64,000 bases of DNA from Sminthopsis crassicaudata (taxonomy: Eukaryota). The position numbers were made by a program, and so were the translations under genes. The first letter of the stretch is position 1; each line of letters starts with the position of its first letter. The stretch is taken from NCBI RefSeq assembly GCF_048593235.1, contig NC_133620.1:294515765-294579764 (forward strand). Reading direction: 5' to 3'. The notes beneath the pieces were generated by a model. That model worked only from the letters and a program-made list of their open reading frames with translations, was not told where the DNA came from and did not search any database. This document shows, one piece after another, positions 48,701 through 64,000 of this stretch.

Positions 48701-50565
48701 CCCCACAGCTACCCAAGTCCAGGCATTCTCTGTACTCTGGCCTCTAGTTTCTCTTGGGTGAGACTCCATTTCCTGTTACACATTAACTTGTGTCTTTTCT
48801 GCTTCAAATCTCTATCCCCGAGGGGTTGTTTGGTTAGTCTTATGATAGACTATGTGGTATATAAGTGTCTGTGTTTCATATCACAGTGACATGGTGGAAG
48901 AGTGTGCTCTGATATCCAAATCCTTGGACAGGAAGGGTGGTATGTTTGGGGAATATGATCTTCTGATCTTTTCATCCTGCCCTCTCTTTGTCCCTTTCAG
49001 AATGGGCCCCTAAAAAGTATTCTCCTCATTTCCACCTCTCTGAAGGGTAGAAATGGAAACTCATTTGCCCAACTCATTCACTCACCGTCTGGCTAGTCCA
49101 GAGCAATTATTGCTTCTGCTATCATCCAGGGTTATTGTGATGTTCAGTTTCCTTCTTATTTCTACTGATCTATTCTGCCCAAGTCCTCCTGTCTCTTCAC
49201 CCATCTCCCATTTTCATTAGATGGTTTGGTTTCTATCTCTTTTGGAAGAAGACACTGGCCCCTCCTTACCAACTATTTCCTGCCCCTTTATAAAAATATG
49301 GGTGACATACTGGTTATGTCATCCTGGGCAAAACATTTAATCTTTTCTGTGCCCCATGCAACTTTCTAAGACTAGAAATTGCAGAAAGTTGCACATCTAC
49401 ACTAGCCAAGGTAAAAATAAAACAAAACAAAATGTGAAATAATATAGTATTATATTAGTACTATTTTCTATAAATAGTGTGTGGGCAGAGGGCTGAGCCT
49501 GGAGTATGGAAGACTTATCTTCCATGGACTTACTAGTTGTATGACTCTGGGCAAGTCACTTAACTCTATTTGCCTCAGGTTTTTGTTTTTTGTTTTTTGT
49601 TTGTTTGTTTTGTTTTTCATCTGTAAAAAAAAGAGAAAGAAATGGCAGACCACTCAGATCAAGAAAAACCTAAATGGAGTCACAGTCAGACACCACTGAA
49701 TAACAAGCACCAAACCATTTATACAGGGTCTACTATCGCCAGGGACTATGCTAAGCCCTTTCCCTAGGAGGTAGATACTATTATCTCCACTCTATATTCA
49801 AAAAGATTTGCCCAGAGTCAAATAGCTTCTAAGGGTCTGAAGCTAGATAGGAACTAGATATGAAGCTAGATCCATTTAGCTGCTCAGAAATCAAGTTAAA
49901 AGGAGTAGGTAGGGCAGAATAGAGAAATAGATGGGAAGTCTCATCAGGACAGCTTGAGTAGTATGTAGGACAGGCTGTTTCCTAGGATTTTGGTGATGTG
50001 ATAGTGGGAGGTCAGGAGTTTATTCATTTTTTTTTAAGCCCTGTTTTAGGTTACCCCTGCCTTTCTTTTGCACCTGCCTCCATGAAATCTGTTGTCTCCT
50101 GTGTGAGATTTGATGTAATGCTGGGATCACAGATCTCAGCTAGAGGTGTAAAGACCTTGTGACCCTGCCCCTCCCCTCCCCAATTCCTCAAGTCCTATCC
50201 TTCCCAGCAATTCCACTCTCTAGTTCTTCCTCCCCTCCCTCCCCAGGAATCCCCTGGAACTAAATTTTTTTTAAAAAACTTTATTTTTTTATTTTTAAAT
50301 TTTTTTTATTTTTTATTATTTGCCAAACTGAGAGATTACAACAGAAACAGTAGAATGGGTCTCATGGAGATTCTCTGTATGTAGGGGATGAGGTTGTAGG
50401 AGTGGTTAAATAAGAAAGAGAAAAAGAAAAAGAGAGTGAGAGTGTAGTGGGAGGGGAGCATCCTCTCCCAGCAGCATCTTGGGGAAGGAGAGTTGGGAAA
50501 AGCAGACTGGGATTTTTTCTCCTCAGACGCCCTCTTTTTTGCCTCCCCACACTGGGCTCAGCATC

Positions 50566-59698
<9,133 letters not shown>

Positions 59699-59770
59699 GG
59701 TGGCTGCTTCCACTCTGGCTCCAGTTCCTGCGGTGGTTCTAGGCCGTGGACCCAAGAAGCAGCAGCGGGA

Positions 59771-59797
59771 TCAGCACCGAGATAACTGGACAGCTCC
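59771..59797. promoter_or_regulatory. Non-canonical (9-nt spacer) RE1/NRSE REST site in the ACTL6B 5' region
   Basis: TCAGCACC-gagataact-GGACAGCTCC: both RE1 half-sites, 73-99 nt upstream of the ACTL6B ATG. Confidence 0.75.
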
Positions 59798-59799
59798 AG

Positions 59800-59950
59800 G
59801 GATCCAGGAGGTAGGGAGAGGGTACTTAAGGACTAGCCAATCAGAGTACGGGATCCCCCACCCCCACACACGCTTCCAATTGGTGGGGAGCGCAGACAAT
59901 AACCCAGGCCTGCGCCTCCGTCTTAAAGGGCCAGGCGCCCCTAGGAATTT
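59800..59950. promoter_or_regulatory. ACTL6B proximal promoter
   Basis: CpG-containing block with AGCCAATCAG at 59835-59844 and CCAATTGG near 59876. Confidence 0.55.
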
Positions 59951-61949
59951 CTGTCTAGAAGAGGCTGGAACAGCTATAAAAAAGGGAGAGGGAAGACAGG
60001 AAAATCCTGAGATCCATCCTGAGGTCAAGGCCCAGAGGAGATGATGATAGGTGTGATTTTTGGCTTAAGTTAGGTCTCCTACAAGACTCTTAGTGGTTTA
60101 ATTGGACTGAGCCTAAAATCTAATTAGCCAATGTGGTGCTAACTCAAGCTCAAGACAATACTGAAGGCCAAAGGGTAAGAGAAATTGAAGAAACTGAGAA
60201 TGAAGAAAGGGAGAGAAAGGAGAAAAAAGTGAAGGGAAGGAGAAGGAACGACATAGAATTGAAGAATCCTCTCCTTCCCTATATCTAATCTTTACCTTGG
60301 TGACAACTTTTTGTGTTATAAATCTCCCTGGCAGTCTTGTGCACTCCATCTCAGAATGATGTTTTTAAATGCATAAAACTCACAGAATTAAAAAGGAAAC
60401 CAGTTGTATTAAATGTTTATATATAAATATATATGCACACAATACATACATATGAGTATACACATACATACATATGTACACATTCATACAAAATTCAGAG
60501 ACACCTGGCCAAGAATTCCTGCAATTGAATTCAGGTCTATTTCTCTTTCTGTCCATGTCTTTTGCTGATTTTGGCCTTTTTGAGCCTTTTTAAAACTATA
60601 AAAATCTTTCCTTGTTTGGCCCTGAAAATGATCAAATGAAAATCAAGTTCCATTGATGCTGTAACCTTGATTTAGCTCTTCACTTTCCATTTCTTAAGGC
60701 ACAATGAATTTGGTACACTGGAGGTGGTGTTTCAATAAGAAACCTGTAGGGGAGTTATGTCTTTAAATAATTTAAAATTTGTTATGTAGAGTAGAGATCA
60801 GACATTGTTGGAATCGAAGGCTTAATATAGATCTAGAACTAAAAGTTATCTTAAAAGTCATTGAATCTAAACATCTCATTTTGAAGACATTGAAAGTTCA
60901 GTGATTTGCAGTGTGATAAAGTGGATTAGTGAGATAAGATGAACAGTGAGTGCCATAGGCAGACCTATGCTTCAGGAATATTAACTTGGCAATTGTGTAG
61001 ATGATGTACTGTAGAAAGAAGAGACTCTCTTCACAACAAAATGCTAGCAAACTGATATTCCTAAAGCACCCCTCAACCTCAAACTCAGGTATCTTGATTA
61101 CTGGGGATATATCCTAATTCTGAGGACTTGTACTCTCCACTATAGCACTTCCTTCTGGTGGAGGACTGGAAAAAGTGGACAGAAAAGGAAAGACTCTTCA
61201 AAGAGAAAACAAGAGAAAGGATGGAGGAAGAGACTCATAATCTCCACATAATTCTCTTTGGAGCAAATACCAGTTCTCCTCTTCATTCTTCATTTCCACA
61301 ATGGCCAGTGCAAAGATTAGAAGTTCTGAAAGACCTGAGTTCAAGTCCTGCCTCAGACACATGAAGCTGAGTGACCTATGATGCAGATAAATCCTTAGGA
61401 CTACAAATTATAGAGAGATGCTTATCTATAACAGTGGCAAGGATTTTCACTCCAGAAATTCCCTAAATGAATGTAATAGATCTGAATTAAATATGACGTA
61501 GTGACAACAATAATTATAGAACATTTTCTCCATAAGCCTTCAGTGCATTGTCCCACATTCACAATACCAATGAGAAAAGTGGGCACAAAATTAAGAGTAC
61601 AATGTTACTGAGGCACATGTGTGGACAAGATAGTTCATAACATGAGTCTTTTTTTTTTTTTTTTGAGTCTTTTCTCTTGTGTGGATCCTCAATTTTTATA
61701 CTTGTGAAGAATAAGGAGCCTTTTGTAAACTATAAAATGCTAGACATTTTTATCTTTTTGTACTTAGCATTCCTCTGAAATTTGGCAGGCTGCATATATA
61801 AATCATGAGTTAAAGGGGCTGTAGAGATAAAATAGCAAAACCCTTTATTTACTATATACTCAAAGGTTTATAAATCACTTACCCTCAAAAACAACTCTTT
61901 GAAGTAAAATGTATTAACTCTCATTGAGGCCATTCTCTCAAATTATGCA

Positions 61950-62290
61950 GATTGAAGCCCACCATGAATAACCTTAACTTTGTCACTGGGGGCCCACACA
62001 TTACTAAGAACTTTATTTGTTTAGGATACTGTGAGGATACAAGTGGCGCACATGGATGGAGCTCATGGACTGTCCAACAGTTATGTCTCTTCCAATATGA
62101 TGAACCCCTCTTCTTCAATCATACACTTCCCTGAAAACTTTTACTCTGGTTCTTCTATAAAGTTCCTGGTTTGTCATATGTAGCATCAGCTTATCATGCA
62201 TTCACCATTCTATGTGATATTCATTTTTAGTTCTTAAGAGACTGTAGTGTTTCCTGCAAGTACAACTTGCAGCTGTATAAACACCAATAA
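61950..62290 (-). mobile_element. RTE LINE 3' fragment (marsupial RTE-like)
   Basis: Reverse strand gacaaaccaggaactttatagaagaaccagagt...ggacagtccatgagctccatccatgtgcgccacttgtatcc...gggcccccag resembles the RTE C-terminus/3' end. Recognised by eye. Confidence 0.5.
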
Positions 62291-63719
62291 AATACTGGTA
62301 TCTAAAAAATGAGACCTTTGTTTTTTGGAGAAGTTTGGAATAATTAAAGCTCTGTAATTTCTCAAATACAATCCAATTTGCTCTCTTCTACAAATTATGT
62401 ACTTAAATTATTATCCACTTGTATTGTTTGTCATGCACCCACACACATCCAGGGGAATATTAAGTACATTATGATTTGTTTTATTAACTTTATACATACA
62501 TGGTATTCCACAAGCCTTAAGAGTGTTTTAAGCTTTAAGCTATACACATTTCTTTTATACAAAAAAAAAGTACAGAGAAGTAGAGCAACTTGCCCAGGTT
62601 ACATAGAATCTGAGACAGGATTGAATTCATTTCTTTCTGACTGTCCAGCACTCTATCCACTTTTCCACCTAAGCTGCTGAAAATGAACTAGTTGGTGTTC
62701 CATCCAAATGCATGCTCTACTTCATCCACTTTTCATTTTCTCATGGCGAGCAAGTGTGAGCAAGAGTAGTTATGGATCTCCTCCGAGCACCTGGGAAATG
62801 TTCTGGAGCATGAAGCAATTAACACAATATAACCACTGGGCATCTCTCCTCAGTGTCATCCTCCTTTCATAAAAGACACAAGCTTAAAGAGCCTTAGTTG
62901 AAAGGTTAATGCATCCCGACTACAAACACTGCACACCGTTCACTAAACACCACCTCGATGCCCAACAGGCTTATTATACCGAGAAGTGACTTGCTCAAGA
63001 CCACAAATGAAGTTCAATCATCTTGCTTTTTGATCCCATTATTTCTCTGGCGCCCACAAACTGAGGACTTTCTGCATGCTGTTTGTCACCCATTTATTGG
63101 AAAGAATACAAACAAGAAGTTAAAAGTTTAGTGATACTTTTACAACCTTTCACCAAAGGTGATGAGAAAGAAAACGATCCATTAAAGAGCAGGCTACCTG
63201 AATATGAAACCATTCTCATTGCCTTTCCAAAGTCCTTTCCTATTCATGAAGTCTTCTTCTACAAGGGGCACGGTCACCATTAATTACCCTCATTTTACAA
63301 ACATGGCTGAAGCACGTGGGATGAAGGGACAGCTCACACCGGGAGTTTGAGGTAAGACTAGATCTTGGGCCCGGATTTTCATCCCAAAAGGCAGACAGAG
63401 CTGGCGGGGATCTCAGGAGGCATCCCACTGTACGGGTCAGAAACTTGATGCAGGGGCTTCATCAGGGTCAAGTGGCTACATCTGAGTCGCTATTCAAGCG
63501 TCTTTCTAACCTTAAATCCAGCGCTCTACAATTGACCACTGTTGCTCACACATTTCGATGTGACATTTCCTAAGTTCATGGGTTAGGAGCTGGAATGAAG
63601 CGTGAAGGGGAAGAACTTGAGGTACACTGAGCTTTACGTGACTCACCCAGGATCACACAGCTTGTAAGAATATGAGGTAAACTTGAACTCAGATCTGCCC
63701 GCTTCCAAGACTAGCCACT

Positions 63720-64000
63720 GAGCTCTCCCTAATGCGCCCTTCCAGGAGGCCGCCCCCGCGTCGGGCAAAGTCCGCACCGAGGACCCGCGCGACCCTGGGT
63801 CGATTGGGGGTGCGGTCAGAATTGGCAACCAAGAGACCTCACTCCCTCCTCCCATTCCGGAACCACCTATTCCGGGAGGGGAAAGAGGGACGGTCACGTG
63901 ACTGCCAAGCGGCTTCATGCCCTAATCCTCCCTGGGCTGGTACCAACGAGCCCGATCCCTGGAGAGAGCCACCGATCAGCCTCGAGGACACGCTCTCCTC
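63720..64000. promoter_or_regulatory. Start of a CpG island, probably the GNB2 promoter (synteny inference)
   Basis: Sharp rise in CpG density; palindromic E-box GTCACGTGAC at 63893-63902; reverse CCAAT boxes near 63801 and 63820. No GNB2 coding sequence is in the window. Confidence 0.6.

Overview
Mammalian genomic DNA, almost certainly marsupial (CORE/WSINE1-type SINEs, marsupial-type L1, RTE and CR1 fragments, strong CpG depletion). It is syntenic to human 7q22.1 in the order FBXO24(+) - PCOLCE(+) - MOSPD3(+) - TFR2(-) - ACTL6B(-) - CpG island (probably the GNB2 promoter). Gene identities come from my hand translation compared with remembered human proteins; no search was run. The last two FBXO24 exons, all 9 PCOLCE exons (462 aa) and all 14 ACTL6B exons (426 aa) are intact with canonical splice sites. 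Two adjacent genes look dead. TFR2 has frameshifts in exons 6, 8, 17 and 18, a lost exon 7 donor, a block deletion of exons 9-15 plus part of exon 16, and a missing C-terminal tail, yet exons 2-5 remain fully open. MOSPD3 survives only as heavily decayed exon remnants behind a still motif-rich CpG-island promoter. Other highlights: an in-frame 75-nt Trp-rich cassette exon between PCOLCE CUB1 and CUB2, a wide-spacer REST/RE1 site and a probable U12-type intron in ACTL6B, and several young L1/SINE/LTR insertions with intact target-site duplications. There are two assembly gaps (18904-19210, 45755-45789).
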